From sequence record NC_105514.1: a stretch of 64,000 bases of DNA. The stretch is one strand, 5' to 3'. The notes under the pieces were generated by a model. That model made no database searches. It was not told the DNA's origin and worked only from the letters and a program-made list of their open reading frames with translations. Source of the stretch: Escherichia phage JLBYU40. Position numbers and translations under genes: made by a program. Below, one piece after another: positions 9,764-19,445 of this stretch. The first letter of the stretch is position 1, and each line of letters starts with the position of its first letter.

Positions 9764-10110
9764 AGAAAGAGCGGTATCTCGTGAGAACTCTGGAGTTTCT
9801 AGGAAAGTGTTATGCCATCCTAGCAGATGAGCGGCAACAGGTGTATCATCTTGAACACAGATATTGCCTTTAAATATTATAAGGTAAATTAAAAGTAAAG
9901 TAGCCCCCATTACATGTGTGCTTACTCGTGGGGCGCGTGATTAATTACGTAAGTCCTCGACTGTCATACCCCTGTTGCTCGGTCGCAAAGAGTTAACGAA
10001 GTCTCGTGTAATAATCATCGCCCCTAGAGTTCAAAACAAGAGTTGTTTTTAATCTATGTGATTATTATAACATGTGCCGCAATGAGTTGTCAAGAAGATT
10101 TTGTTAACGT

Positions 10111-10338
10111 TTATACATCCTCTTCGAGATTGGTATTGGGATCGTAAATTTTCTTAGCTCCTGTATTTAATAGGAATCGCTCTGCAAGTTGTGGGTGAAT
10201 ATCAAAGAACTCTGTGCATCCTTCGAATCCCTTTAAATTACAGCGGTATTTCTTAAAGTAGATATGTGCAGCGGCTTCTAGATCTCTAGGATTATGGGTT
10301 TCATAGATTCCCATACACGTATAAATCGTCAAAACCAC
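10111..10338 (-). CDS. hypothetical protein
   Basis: 75 aa ORF. Confidence 0.35.
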   Translation of the reverse strand: MVLTIYTCMGIYETHNPRDLEAAAHIYFKKYRCNLKGFEGCTEFFDIHPQLAERFLLNTGAKKIYDPNTNLEEDV

Positions 10339-10454
10339 GATAAACTATCTTATCTAAGTTTAGTGTTTGAATCCTATTATGTGGGTTCATACTAATACTG
10401 ATCTTTGTTCTCTTAGGGATCTTCGTCAGATCCCTATTTGCAAGAATATATACT

Positions 10455-11171
10455 TTATATAGTGACATTCTTTCTAGCCTTGAGTTTGATACCGAGAGAT
10501 GCGAAGTAGATATAAGTTGCTAAATAGGACATAGCAGATCCTGTCTCTTCGTAAGACAGAGTCCCTTTCACGTACCGCTCATATTCTGGCTCTAGATTAA
10601 TAATCGTAGTACTTGGCAATCCTAGCGAATTACATAATGATTTGAATGTTTCTTTATCTCTATGAATCGCATAGTGAATGGCTTTCTCTGTAGGAGTTAG
10701 TTCTAGATCTTTGGTAATGGCTACGTGCAAACTCGCTATAGTCATGCCAATTCCACGATACGTTTCTTCCTTATTAAGGGAAGGTTTCTGTTTCTCTAGC
10801 TCAGGAAGATGTGCAAATTCTCCTTTCTTTCTAGGAATCTTATCATCACTAAGTAATGCTGTTAAGAAATCTGTTTCTTCATAGGCTGGGAGCACTTCAT
10901 CAATCAATACTAGAATAGAACTAGCATTGATACCTTTCGCACTAGGATCTAAAGATTTTAACGCTTTATTAGTTTCAACGTAGGAGCCTGCTAATACTAC
11001 CTTTGAGCTATTCCTATCATATTTAATTTTATTAGCTTCCCAACGTGCAGGACGATAATCAGATAGGAACATTACAGCATACTTCTGTTCATCAGTTAGC
11101 TCAGAGAAACATTTCTGGTTTGATTCTTTTGCTAATGCAATAAGATGCTTTAGTTTTTCTGCTTTATTCAT
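10455..11171 (-). CDS. hypothetical early protein
   Basis: 238 aa ORF. Confidence 0.5.
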   Translation of the reverse strand: MNKAEKLKHLIALAKESNQKCFSELTDEQKYAVMFLSDYRPARWEANKIKYDRNSSKVVLAGSYVETNKALKSLDPSAKGINASSILVLIDEVLPAYEETDFLTALLSDDKIPRKKGEFAHLPELEKQKPSLNKEETYRGIGMTIASLHVAITKDLELTPTEKAIHYAIHRDKETFKSLCNSLGLPSTTIINLEPEYERYVKGTLSYEETGSAMSYLATYIYFASLGIKLKARKNVTI

Positions 11172-11173
11172 TG

Positions 11174-11563
11174 TTAAACCTCTTGAGCTTTATCTTCTGT
11201 ATAGAAATCTTCGGTAGCTTGATAGTGTAATGTAAAGAATTCAAATGACAAGCAATCTGATGCTGTATTTTGAATGTATCTTAATTCATTAATAAAGGAT
11301 TCTTTGAAGATCTTACGGTTAGGTTTTAGTTCTATCAGTTGGTTAATAAGCTCACCGATTAATTCTATTGCATCATCTATATACTCATCCATAAATACTG
11401 GGGATTCATAGATTATTTCCTCAACTCCATTAGTAACTAAAGCTACTACAATTACCTCTCCGGCAGTTTCTTCAGGGTAGAGATAACCTGCATCTATTTT
11501 ACGAACAGTAACACGAGTTTGACTAGTAATTTGACGATTTATAGCAATAATATAATGTAACAT
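11174..11563 (-). CDS. hypothetical early protein
   Basis: 129 aa; 2-nt gap to downstream gene. Confidence 0.5.
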   Translation of the reverse strand: MLHYIIAINRQITSQTRVTVRKIDAGYLYPEETAGEVIVVALVTNGVEEIIYESPVFMDEYIDDAIELIGELINQLIELKPNRKIFKESFINELRYIQNTASDCLSFEFFTLHYQATEDFYTEDKAQEV

Positions 11564-11625
11564 AAATTCTCCTAATATGCCTCCCCCTAATAGAAGGTCT
11601 GGAGAGGCGTAGACCTATAAATTAA

Positions 11626-12246
11626 TTAGTAATCTCTTTTATCCTCATTAATAGCAGCCCCTAACGCCTCCATAATAACATCTTCTAAACTTCCATGTTT
11701 ACTAGGATTATTAAAATGAATAGTGCAAATAGAACTCCTAGAAACTCCAGCATCCGCAGGTGCTACGCTTCGCATATCAGATTCAAAAGCTTCTTGGGTA
11801 TGTTGCAACTGTACAGAAGGGCCGTAATCTTCACCAAACTTATATGACTTCGTACTACTTACCACACCCCCACAAGGAACATTGTGCATATCCGACATTA
11901 ATCTTTTATCGGAGTTACTCAGCATTGAGATTGGCCCTGACTGCCACGGATCTCGAATAGTCACAGGAGTACTAGGACGGTTAACCTCAGTCTTCACAAG
12001 TTTATAACCAGCATCTATTAATGTGTTAATAAGGTTATCAGCTGGAATGCGAGCCGTGCCAAAAATCTTACGAGCATCTTCGAGCTTACCTTCAAGATCT
12101 TTACAGGCTCTAAGGTCAGTGTGTGCAAATGTTAGCTTCATAGATTTGAACTGTACAGTGGCAGTTAAGTCTTTAAAGCTATAATCCCATGTGTTCAGTT
12201 CATGATCTGGTACTACTTGAATAGCTTGTTGTGTATTAAAAGTCAT
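11626..12246 (-). CDS. hypothetical early protein
   Basis: 206 aa ORF. Confidence 0.5.
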   Translation of the reverse strand: MTFNTQQAIQVVPDHELNTWDYSFKDLTATVQFKSMKLTFAHTDLRACKDLEGKLEDARKIFGTARIPADNLINTLIDAGYKLVKTEVNRPSTPVTIRDPWQSGPISMLSNSDKRLMSDMHNVPCGGVVSSTKSYKFGEDYGPSVQLQHTQEAFESDMRSVAPADAGVSRSSICTIHFNNPSKHGSLEDVIMEALGAAINEDKRDY

Positions 12247-12431
12247 TATTTATTCTCCAGTTTGTCTAACAGTTTATGGGCTGCTAGGTTATATTGTTTA
12301 AGCTCACGATTAAGGATTTGGTTTTCACATTTTAACTCCAAATTCTTATTATTAAGAATATTACAGATTAGTAGAAGTGCTAGTATAACTAGCAGGGAAC
12401 CCACGAGCATTAAAAGAAAAAGAGTTTCCAT
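12246..12431 (-). CDS. small membrane protein
   Basis: 61 aa, one hydrophobic helix. Confidence 0.4.
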   Translation of the reverse strand: METLFLLMLVGSLLVILALLLICNILNNKNLELKCENQILNRELKQYNLAAHKLLDKLENK

Positions 12432-12664
12432 TATTTAATTCCCATATAGCGTTTGAGGTATATGATGAAGTCTTCTGTTGTATGTTCTACGCTACCCTGA
12501 ACCACAAACAACTTTAAAGCCTCTCGCTGTAATTTAAGAGCAGCCAACTCACCACGTAATTTTGTTATATCTTCCGCTAGTTCTCTAGCTCTGCGCATAA
12601 TAGCAAATGATACAAATGTTACAATAAATAACATAACTGCTAAAATAATTACTATGATCTCCAT
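12431..12664 (-). CDS. small membrane protein
   Basis: 77 aa, N-terminal hydrophobic helix. Confidence 0.4.
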   Translation of the reverse strand: MEIIVIILAVMLFIVTFVSFAIMRRARELAEDITKLRGELAALKLQREALKLFVVQGSVEHTTEDFIIYLKRYMGIK

Positions 12665-12942
12665 ATTAACATCCAGCTCTTATCGTATATTTGGGCATGT
12701 TCTACTAATTCATTTATCGATATAGAATTATCGTAGATACCCTCTAGTAAACGTTTTCTGTCAAATTTATCAACCAAATACTCTGTGCCATTTATCACTA
12801 CCCTATACAGCTCTGGAACTAAGGAGTGTTTGTTTGGTATTGGGCGACTACCTAAGTCTATTTCATTATATCCCCACGTTGTTTTAAATAGTTTGTTACT
12901 AAGTGCTGCTAGTGGGTTTGACCATACAATATAGCTACTCAC
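12652..12942 (-). CDS. hypothetical protein
   Basis: 96 aa ORF. Confidence 0.4.
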   Translation of the reverse strand: MSSYIVWSNPLAALSNKLFKTTWGYNEIDLGSRPIPNKHSLVPELYRVVINGTEYLVDKFDRKRLLEGIYDNSISINELVEHAQIYDKSWMLIWRS

Positions 12943-13423
12943 TACTTATCTCCATTCTTAGCTTTGAAAACTTATTATACCAAACTATATGATTATCGTC
13001 AATTACAAATTTATGGTAACATGCTGGTACGGTATAAGTTCCATAATCCGTGACACGCTGCACAACCTTGTGTGCACACAGTCGACAACCATGCCCTTCT
13101 AAATGAGATCTAGCAGTCTGCCAGTAATAACCATCGTGATCTGGACAATAGATCTCGACTTGCTGTTGCATTGTCTTATAATTTACACGCTCATATCCGA
13201 AGAAAGCCCCGTGAGCTGCAACGGCTTTCTTGATAAATATAAGGTTTAGTGCTTCTTGCTGGAAGTCGGGATGTAGCTGCTTAATCTTAGTTCTATTAAT
13301 AGATCCATCCGATTTAATGAACCTATTTATTGGAAAGTTGTTAGCTTCCTCGATTAATAATTCATTTACTTTCTCTCTCATATTAGATACTCTCACAACT
13401 AAGATGGAAACATTCGTAAGCAT
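12935..13423 (-). CDS. hypothetical Cys/His-rich protein
   Basis: 162 aa; CPDHDG...HLEGHGCRLCAHK suggests metal binding. Confidence 0.45.
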   Translation of the reverse strand: MLTNVSILVVRVSNMREKVNELLIEEANNFPINRFIKSDGSINRTKIKQLHPDFQQEALNLIFIKKAVAAHGAFFGYERVNYKTMQQQVEIYCPDHDGYYWQTARSHLEGHGCRLCAHKVVQRVTDYGTYTVPACYHKFVIDDNHIVWYNKFSKLRMEISSE

Positions 13424-13661
13424 CCCCAGTAAACTCTTTATCTAGTAGTATACACTTAGCCTGGTCTTCGGGTACTCCAGCATCTAATAATTGTTGTTTA
13501 CTTGGCTTTTCAGCGAATACTTTTACAAAATACTCACCATCCTGATTATACTCATTTATATCTCTGGTAAGGACATATACTTGCATTTGAAGTTCCTTGA
13601 AAACATAAAAGGCCAGAACAATTAAGTCCTGGCCTCTAGAATTAGTGAAGTTGTTTACCAC
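13383..13661 (-). CDS. hypothetical protein
   Basis: 92 aa ORF. Confidence 0.4.
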   Translation of the reverse strand: MVNNFTNSRGQDLIVLAFYVFKELQMQVYVLTRDINEYNQDGEYFVKVFAEKPSKQQLLDAGVPEDQAKCILLDKEFTGDAYECFHLSCESI

Positions 13662-14079
13662 TTCGTAACATAGTGGCCGTTTCCATAAGACCTAGTGTAG
13701 TATCACGCTTATTGATCTGTTTACCGAGTTCATCGGTACGTTTACCGATGTAAGCGTTAATAGCCATATTCATAGCTGAGGCGAGATCTTCTTTGGTTAT
13801 CTCTTCGTCATCTAAGGCTAATTTAGCCAAAGAATCAAATGTGCTAGAGAGTCCTATAAGATCGGAGGTTTCTTTGGCCAAAATAGGATTAATATTATCT
13901 ACTGTTACTTCTAGCATGGAGTTAACAATATCTTCTCCGTCTACTAGACCAGATTCAATATTACTCTCCCACTCCTTCATCTGCTCCAATAATGGATTTT
14001 TCTTTTCTGTCATGGTAGAGGTTTCCTGTGTCAGTTGGTAAGAAGGATGATTGAGCTTTAGGCGGATGTTGTTTAGCAA
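13642..14079 (-). CDS. hypothetical protein
   Basis: 145 aa ORF; true start may be an internal Met. Confidence 0.4.
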   Translation of the reverse strand: MLNNIRLKLNHPSYQLTQETSTMTEKKNPLLEQMKEWESNIESGLVDGEDIVNSMLEVTVDNINPILAKETSDLIGLSSTFDSLAKLALDDEEITKEDLASAMNMAINAYIGKRTDELGKQINKRDTTLGLMETATMLRSGKQLH

Positions 14080-14422
14080 TCCAGTTAAGAATCAGTACAC
14101 GACTAGGAACAATATCAGTGTTGTACCAGAAATCATGAACCCATTGACGAGCATCCTCAAACTTACCAAATTTATATTCTTTCTTAAACAATTCAAACCC
14201 AAAACAATCTGGTGTAAAGTCTACTTCACGATATTGAACTACTTTAGAACCAGTTAGGTCTTGGATCGCTGCATTAATTTCTGTATGCGAGAATTTTGTT
14301 TCGTGAAACTTATTAAAGAATCGGTAGTTGAAGCGTCCGTTCGTTTCGACAAACAACTGGATGAAAAGATCGTTAAATTGGTTATCAAACCAGTAATTCT
14401 GTAGTTGTTGTAGTGCTGTCAT
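13961..14422 (-). CDS. hypothetical protein
   Basis: 153 aa ORF. Confidence 0.45.
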   Translation of the reverse strand: MTALQQLQNYWFDNQFNDLFIQLFVETNGRFNYRFFNKFHETKFSHTEINAAIQDLTGSKVVQYREVDFTPDCFGFELFKKEYKFGKFEDARQWVHDFWYNTDIVPSRVLILNWIAKQHPPKAQSSFLPTDTGNLYHDRKEKSIIGADEGVGE

Positions 14423-14619
14423 TTACGAACTCCGTTAATTGCCACGATGATGCCTTCATACATAAAAGGAAGTAGTTCAGAAGTGTAGAAGATATTTTCC
14501 GTTATTCCTAGATGTCGAAAAAGTATATTAAATAATGCTGTTAGAAATACAATCTGGGGCAGTAATACAAAATACTCAGTTACAATCTTTGGTGCCCGAT
14601 AAACAAGACGTTTTATCAT
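14419..14619 (-). CDS. small membrane protein
   Basis: 66 aa, hydrophobic. Confidence 0.35.
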   Translation of the reverse strand: MIKRLVYRAPKIVTEYFVLLPQIVFLTALFNILFRHLGITENIFYTSELLPFMYEGIIVAINGVRK

Positions 14620-14718
14620 TGTTTTTAAGTCTCCTTATTACTTTGGCCTGCTCCACAATAATGAAAACTGCGAGCACTAATAGTGCTATTAGCCCCGCAG
14701 TAATTGGTACTAAATCAA

Positions 14719-15096
14719 TCATGGGAGACGCCATACGTAATTAGCTGTCTGTAGAACCTTAGGTGTGTCATCATGATACATTACTACAGACTTTGGTGAA
14801 TAGCTATCAGCTAGCTCTTTACGAATCATCTTACATTCTTCACCAGTATCGATATTTTTAACTATCACTTTCATATTAAGAGGTGTTAATACAGAAAGCG
14901 GTTTCCAGAAGTCCTCAATCTCAATTCCTACCTTTTTCTCGATTACCATGAGGACTTCTAGTGTATCATCTGGAATACTAATATTATTATTCACAAACTG
15001 TAATATCTCATGTAAGGTATTTAATTCATTAAAATTAAGCTTCATCTTTAAGAATATCCTCAACCATATCACAGGACTGTTGCAATTCGTCAGCAA
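14719..15096 (-). CDS. hypothetical protein
   Basis: 125 aa ORF. Confidence 0.45.
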   Translation of the reverse strand: MLTNCNSPVIWLRIFLKMKLNFNELNTLHEILQFVNNNISIPDDTLEVLMVIEKKVGIEIEDFWKPLSVLTPLNMKVIVKNIDTGEECKMIRKELADSYSPKSVVMYHDDTPKVLQTANYVWRLP

Positions 15097-15280
15097 TGCG
15101 CTTAATATCGGTCTTCGTCACTCTACCGATTAACATCACCAGTAACATAGAAAGTATAATAAGTGGGACTGGAATAACAAATAAAGCTACCTTAACAACA
15201 TTCTTTGGCGTCCATGTGTGGTACTTAGTAACCAGTACACCAACCACAATTAGATAAAACGCTAGAATAAACATCATCAT
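15035..15280 (-). CDS. small membrane protein
   Basis: 81 aa, two hydrophobic helices. Confidence 0.4.
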   Translation of the reverse strand: MMMFILAFYLIVVGVLVTKYHTWTPKNVVKVALFVIPVPLIILSMLLVMLIGRVTKTDIKRIADELQQSCDMVEDILKDEA

Positions 15281-15558
15281 TTTTTAATCTCCGTAATTAT
15301 CTGAGCACGCATTACTTTATTAGGTAGTTTTGTATTCCCAGCAATTGCTTCAATATTGTTTAGTTTTTCTTTTAGAATATCTGAGCGTCTCTGTGCTAGT
15401 TCAATATCTTGTTCTTGTTCTATTAAGCGGCAGTGAAGTCCACTATTAGTAGTAAGCATACTCTCTATATTTTTTCGCATGCTTACAATACCAATAACCC
15501 CACCAATCGCTACTAGTGTCATAAGCACTAGCAATCCAATGAGAATTTCAGTTAACAT
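15277..15558 (-). CDS. small membrane protein
   Basis: 93 aa, N-terminal TM helix. Confidence 0.4.
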   Translation of the reverse strand: MLTEILIGLLVLMTLVAIGGVIGIVSMRKNIESMLTTNSGLHCRLIEQEQDIELAQRRSDILKEKLNNIEAIAGNTKLPNKVMRAQIITEIKK

Positions 15559-15721
15559 TAAATGCCCCTACATTTTTCGTTATTTGGCGTTACTTTGCAA
15601 ATCTCTACGTTTAGCTCATGAAGAGACTTGTCTACTTCAGTTAAGCGTATGTTAAGAGAAACCATATTATATATTAGTATTCCTATAAGGAATGACAGTA
15701 TTGAAATTGATACTCTTTCCA

Positions 15722-16018
15722 TTATTTCTTACCTTTCAGTTGCTTAACTTCACGCTCAAAAGATGCTGCACGACGTTCGGCAGTCGCTTGATGCTCTTTA
15801 GCAAAACGTGCTTCCTGTTTTGCAAGGTTGAATGCCATAGCATTCTTATTCAGAGAATCATACATCTTTTTCATTGCCGGAATAGACATCTTCATGAGCT
15901 GACCCTCAAATCCTTGCATGTCGAGGAGAATTGCTAATACATTGGCCATTTCAGTCTTGGTAAGGTTAGAGGCGTCGAAGTCTTTAGTCATGTTTTCCAT
16001 TAGAATTTCCTCTCTCAT
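15722..16018 (-). CDS. hypothetical protein
   Basis: 98 aa; directly downstream of early promoter 16033-16061. Confidence 0.5.
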   Translation of the reverse strand: MREEILMENMTKDFDASNLTKTEMANVLAILLDMQGFEGQLMKMSIPAMKKMYDSLNKNAMAFNLAKQEARFAKEHQATAERRAASFEREVKQLKGKK

Positions 16019-16032
16019 TAATTTATGAACTT

Positions 16033-16061
16033 ATTATACAGAATTTTAAGGCTTAAAGCAA
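16033..16061 (-). promoter_or_regulatory. early promoter (TTGCTT-17-TATAAT family)
   Basis: minus-strand -35 TTGCTT (plus AAGCAA 16056-16061), 17-bp spacer, -10 TATAAT, conserved A/T leader. Confidence 0.55.
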
Positions 16062-16078
16062 CTGAATTTTTTAATTAC

Positions 16079-16510
16079 TTACCAATCGTTAACAACGCCG
16101 GAGAACTCAGAAGCAAAAACTTTTTCAAATTTCTCTGCAATTTCAGGATGATCTTTGCAGATCAGCTCAATACATGCTTCTGGAGTCATTCCTTCATCTT
16201 CAGGATCACCATAGTATTTATCCCAAAGATCATCGGGAATGATATGCTCCGCCAAATCTTGGAAAGAGACTAACTGATAACGTTCTGCCTCCTCAGCGAT
16301 AAGAATTTCGCACAGATCTTTATCTATATCGCTACGATAATCCGCAATTAATAAGGCATTGCAAGCATGACACTCCCAAACCATCAAGCGTTCAGAAATA
16401 GGATTAGACTTATCCTGTACGTAAGACTGAAACAGGGTTCGGAAAGTTGCCTTAACTTGTTCAAACTTATCTGCTGCTGCGAAAACTAGAGCTTTATCAA
16501 CTTTGTTCAT
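16079..16510 (-). CDS. hypothetical acidic protein
   Basis: 143 aa; downstream of early promoter 16541-16569. Confidence 0.5.
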   Translation of the reverse strand: MNKVDKALVFAAADKFEQVKATFRTLFQSYVQDKSNPISERLMVWECHACNALLIADYRSDIDKDLCEILIAEEAERYQLVSFQDLAEHIIPDDLWDKYYGDPEDEGMTPEACIELICKDHPEIAEKFEKVFASEFSGVVNDW

Positions 16511-16540
16511 TTTGATTCCTTCTCATCAATTTATAAAGTA

Positions 16541-16569
16541 ATTATACAGAAACTTAAGCATTTTAGCAA
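16541..16569 (-). promoter_or_regulatory. early promoter
   Basis: -35 TTGCTA, 17-bp spacer, -10 TATAAT; leader ATAAATTGATGAGAAGG. Confidence 0.55.
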
Positions 16570-16677
16570 ATAAAACTTTTAATTAAAATGCCTAATCCTG
16601 TGCCAATAGCAATACAAATGATTATAAGTATTGCTATCGCCTGTATGATTCGTTTAATAATAACCTCAGCTATATAC

Positions 16678-17271
16678 TTAGACATTTATATCGCCACGCA
16701 ATACAGCAGCTACGTCTTCTCCTATTTGTAATACCTCGCCGGTAGTACAATTAACCACTCTATCGTAACTAGTAAACTTACCAGACACAATATCCTCTAG
16801 TGGAATTGGAGTTCTACTCATTTCAAATGAGACATTAATATAACGTGGATCACGTAAAGAAGTAGTATGTACATGTCCGTGAATATTTAGTTTGCCACGA
16901 AGTTCATTGGGATGCAAAGGGCAGTGAGATAGCCAAAACTTTTTGCCACCTCCAGTCTGTTTGCCTAGAGCTTGAATATCGTCATAAACTTCCGCTAAGT
17001 CCCTAATACTCAGTCCTTGACGCTCCGCATCATGATTACCCATAATGAGTTGATTAGGGACATTGTGGATAACCGACTTTAATTTGGCCAGACCTTCACG
17101 ACCTACTGCAATATCTCCTAGCAAAATAAGTTTTGTTCGTTTACCAATATGCTTGGATAAAGTATCTAGAATATACTCATCGTGCTCTTTCATGTTCTTA
17201 AACCACGGACGGAAACGTAGTGCTCCAGGGTGGTCTAAGTGCAAGTCTGACCAGAATTTAACCTTCATCAC
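16678..17271 (-). CDS. metallophosphoesterase (calcineurin-like)
   Basis: 197 aa; motifs DLHLD, GDIAVGREG, GNHD, GHVHT. Confidence 0.6.
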   Translation of the reverse strand: MMKVKFWSDLHLDHPGALRFRPWFKNMKEHDEYILDTLSKHIGKRTKLILLGDIAVGREGLAKLKSVIHNVPNQLIMGNHDAERQGLSIRDLAEVYDDIQALGKQTGGGKKFWLSHCPLHPNELRGKLNIHGHVHTTSLRDPRYINVSFEMSRTPIPLEDIVSGKFTSYDRVVNCTTGEVLQIGEDVAAVLRGDINV

Positions 17272-17555
17272 TTACTCCTTTTTTGTATTAAATTATCAAC
17301 CCAGGTAGTTAATACTCTAGTTTTAAACTCCTCGGGAGTCTCTCCTTCCTTAAGGTCTACCTCATTAAGGTAGGTAGTAAGCCTTGTTTCTATCTCTATT
17401 TCAGCAGGAGAATTAAAACAAAAATTGACTGCTATTCCAGAATATATTACTCCGGTATCCCCTTTGACGAAAGCATTAACTAATGCTCTCCAACGAAGGG
17501 CATCAATACGCATTGCTCGTAATTCTTCTCGTACTTCTTTCATTCTATCATTCAT
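17268..17555 (-). CDS. hypothetical protein
   Basis: 95 aa ORF. Confidence 0.4.
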   Translation of the reverse strand: MNDRMKEVREELRAMRIDALRWRALVNAFVKGDTGVIYSGIAVNFCFNSPAEIEIETRLTTYLNEVDLKEGETPEEFKTRVLTTWVDNLIQKRSK

Positions 17556-18430
17556 TAAAGAATCCTCTGTACACCGCAGCTATCAATTTTGTCTGTGGTA
17601 AATGTGGTGATTTTGCCAGTTTCATCGTTAACTTGCGCAACCGTCAACTGCCCGTTGAAAACACCGCCAGTATCAAGATAAACACGGTTCTGGTATAAAA
17701 TCGGGTAGGGTACTCCAGTATGCCCATGAAATACAAAGTCTACTCCATTAACTGGGGGTACTTCTACCATGTATTTTTCCTTAAATCCTGCATAACGCTG
17801 GAAATACGGGTGTTCCTCCCCATTTTTGGACAAGTAGAAGCCTATTTCTTGGATTACATCTCGATCCCATAAATATGGTTCAATATGGTATCCAGGATGG
17901 TCATGTGGGTCTTCCTTAGCTGCTTCTACTTGTGCAATAAGATTATCCCATACTGGGGTTTCTACTTCATTACCACATTCTTTGTACGTAAAAGGTACAC
18001 CACCATGAACAACACCAAACTTCTTACCACGATGTCTAACAGTTAGGAATACTGGCATTTTTTCAGCCATATCTTCGGCAATATTTTTAATTGTGTCTGC
18101 ATCTAGTTCATTCATGGCCCACATACCCCCATTATACATCCAATTAGTCCAATCTCCCACAATCATAAATTGATCATGATTACCACGGACACTGATAAAA
18201 CGTGGATTATATAGGAATTTGGCTAAAACTTGTAGGTTTTGTGTGCCTCGGTCAATTAAGTCACCAACACATACTACGCAATCTTTTTTGCTATTATAGC
18301 CAGCCAATTTCAACGCATCTTCTAGCAAATCATTGCATCCATGAATATCACCAACGAAAAACAAGTTGGCATCATCCGGCACTACTAGAGTTTTATGTAC
18401 ATTAAATTCTTTTTTCATAATTATTCCCAA
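17555..18430 (-). CDS. Ser/Thr protein phosphatase (PPP family)
   Basis: 291 aa; GDIHG, GDLIDRG, RGNHD motifs. Confidence 0.7.
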   Translation of the reverse strand: MGIIMKKEFNVHKTLVVPDDANLFFVGDIHGCNDLLEDALKLAGYNSKKDCVVCVGDLIDRGTQNLQVLAKFLYNPRFISVRGNHDQFMIVGDWTNWMYNGGMWAMNELDADTIKNIAEDMAEKMPVFLTVRHRGKKFGVVHGGVPFTYKECGNEVETPVWDNLIAQVEAAKEDPHDHPGYHIEPYLWDRDVIQEIGFYLSKNGEEHPYFQRYAGFKEKYMVEVPPVNGVDFVFHGHTGVPYPILYQNRVYLDTGGVFNGQLTVAQVNDETGKITTFTTDKIDSCGVQRIL

Positions 18431-18666
18431 ATAACAGTTAAAATAGTTGTGCCATAATCATTAGATAGTTGGAGAGTATAACCCTCTTTATAGAGGGCTT
18501 TTATAGCTTCATAACTAATTTCATCACGATTAAACTGCACAAAAGAACCCCCAATTCCCACAGAAGAAACTATTCTCTTTTTAACATACTTATATGGTTT
18601 CTTTCTGCTATTAAGGAGTGCAGCTCTATTTATCCTGGCTAAACATTTTGCTTGTTCCGCTAACAT
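18421..18666 (-). CDS. hypothetical protein
   Basis: 81 aa ORF. Confidence 0.4.
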   Translation of the reverse strand: MLAEQAKCLARINRAALLNSRKKPYKYVKKRIVSSVGIGGSFVQFNRDEISYEAIKALYKEGYTLQLSNDYGTTILTVIWE

Positions 18667-18670
18667 TTAA

Positions 18671-19075
18671 TTATCTCCAGTGGTTAGTATGCTTCTCAGC
18701 TTCTGTATCATTTGGCTCAAAGACAACATGACAATCAATAGCTTCCCAGAAAGCTTCACGGATTAAAGAGTTTTTAGCTATAATATCCAACTCTTCCCAT
18801 TCTTCTAATGTTTCTAGATCTGTATCAACTTCGGTATCACAGCCAACCAGCCCCAAAGAAACAACAATAGTAACGCGATCTTCACGTTGTTCGGGATAAA
18901 CATCAGCATATTCCCAAGCAGCTTCTTCAACATAATATTGTTGTTCCTTTTCTGGAAGTGACTTATACTTTTCTTCTGTAATACCCATCTCAACGGCGCG
19001 AGTACCACAAACTACATTGTTATTAATAATTAGATATGCATAGTTCATCGTAATACTCCTATTTCTTGGGGGCAA
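18671..19075 (-). CDS. hypothetical acidic protein
   Basis: 134 aa ORF. Confidence 0.45.
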   Translation of the reverse strand: MPPRNRSITMNYAYLIINNNVVCGTRAVEMGITEEKYKSLPEKEQQYYVEEAAWEYADVYPEQREDRVTIVVSLGLVGCDTEVDTDLETLEEWEELDIIAKNSLIREAFWEAIDCHVVFEPNDTEAEKHTNHWR

Positions 19076-19126
19076 AGATAGTCATTAATATGACTAAAAT
19101 CCGTACAAAGATAGATGATGTAATCA

Positions 19127-19345
19127 TTATCTCCACCGTGGATAGTCATTACAGGTATATTTAAATTCAATTTTCTGAGTAGGAGTAAATATCATATCAC
19201 CATTGGTGCTAATAGATGTAAGAGTAGTAGATACTGTTCGCATTTCTTGCGTTTGTACACAGTTCTGGGCTGCCATTTCTTGGGCATCCTTAGCTTTATA
19301 ATAGGCTTGTACCACTACCTTACCCAAGTGATTATATAATATCAT
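19127..19345 (-). CDS. hypothetical protein
   Basis: 72 aa ORF. Confidence 0.4.
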   Translation of the reverse strand: MILYNHLGKVVVQAYYKAKDAQEMAAQNCVQTQEMRTVSTTLTSISTNGDMIFTPTQKIEFKYTCNDYPRWR

Positions 19346-19445
19346 TAATTAATCCTCCCATCAATTTATATAAGTATTATACCAAAATTTTTAGCAAAAA
19401 GCAAGTAAAATAAAAGCCTGATCAGCTAAGATCAGGCTTTGTTTA

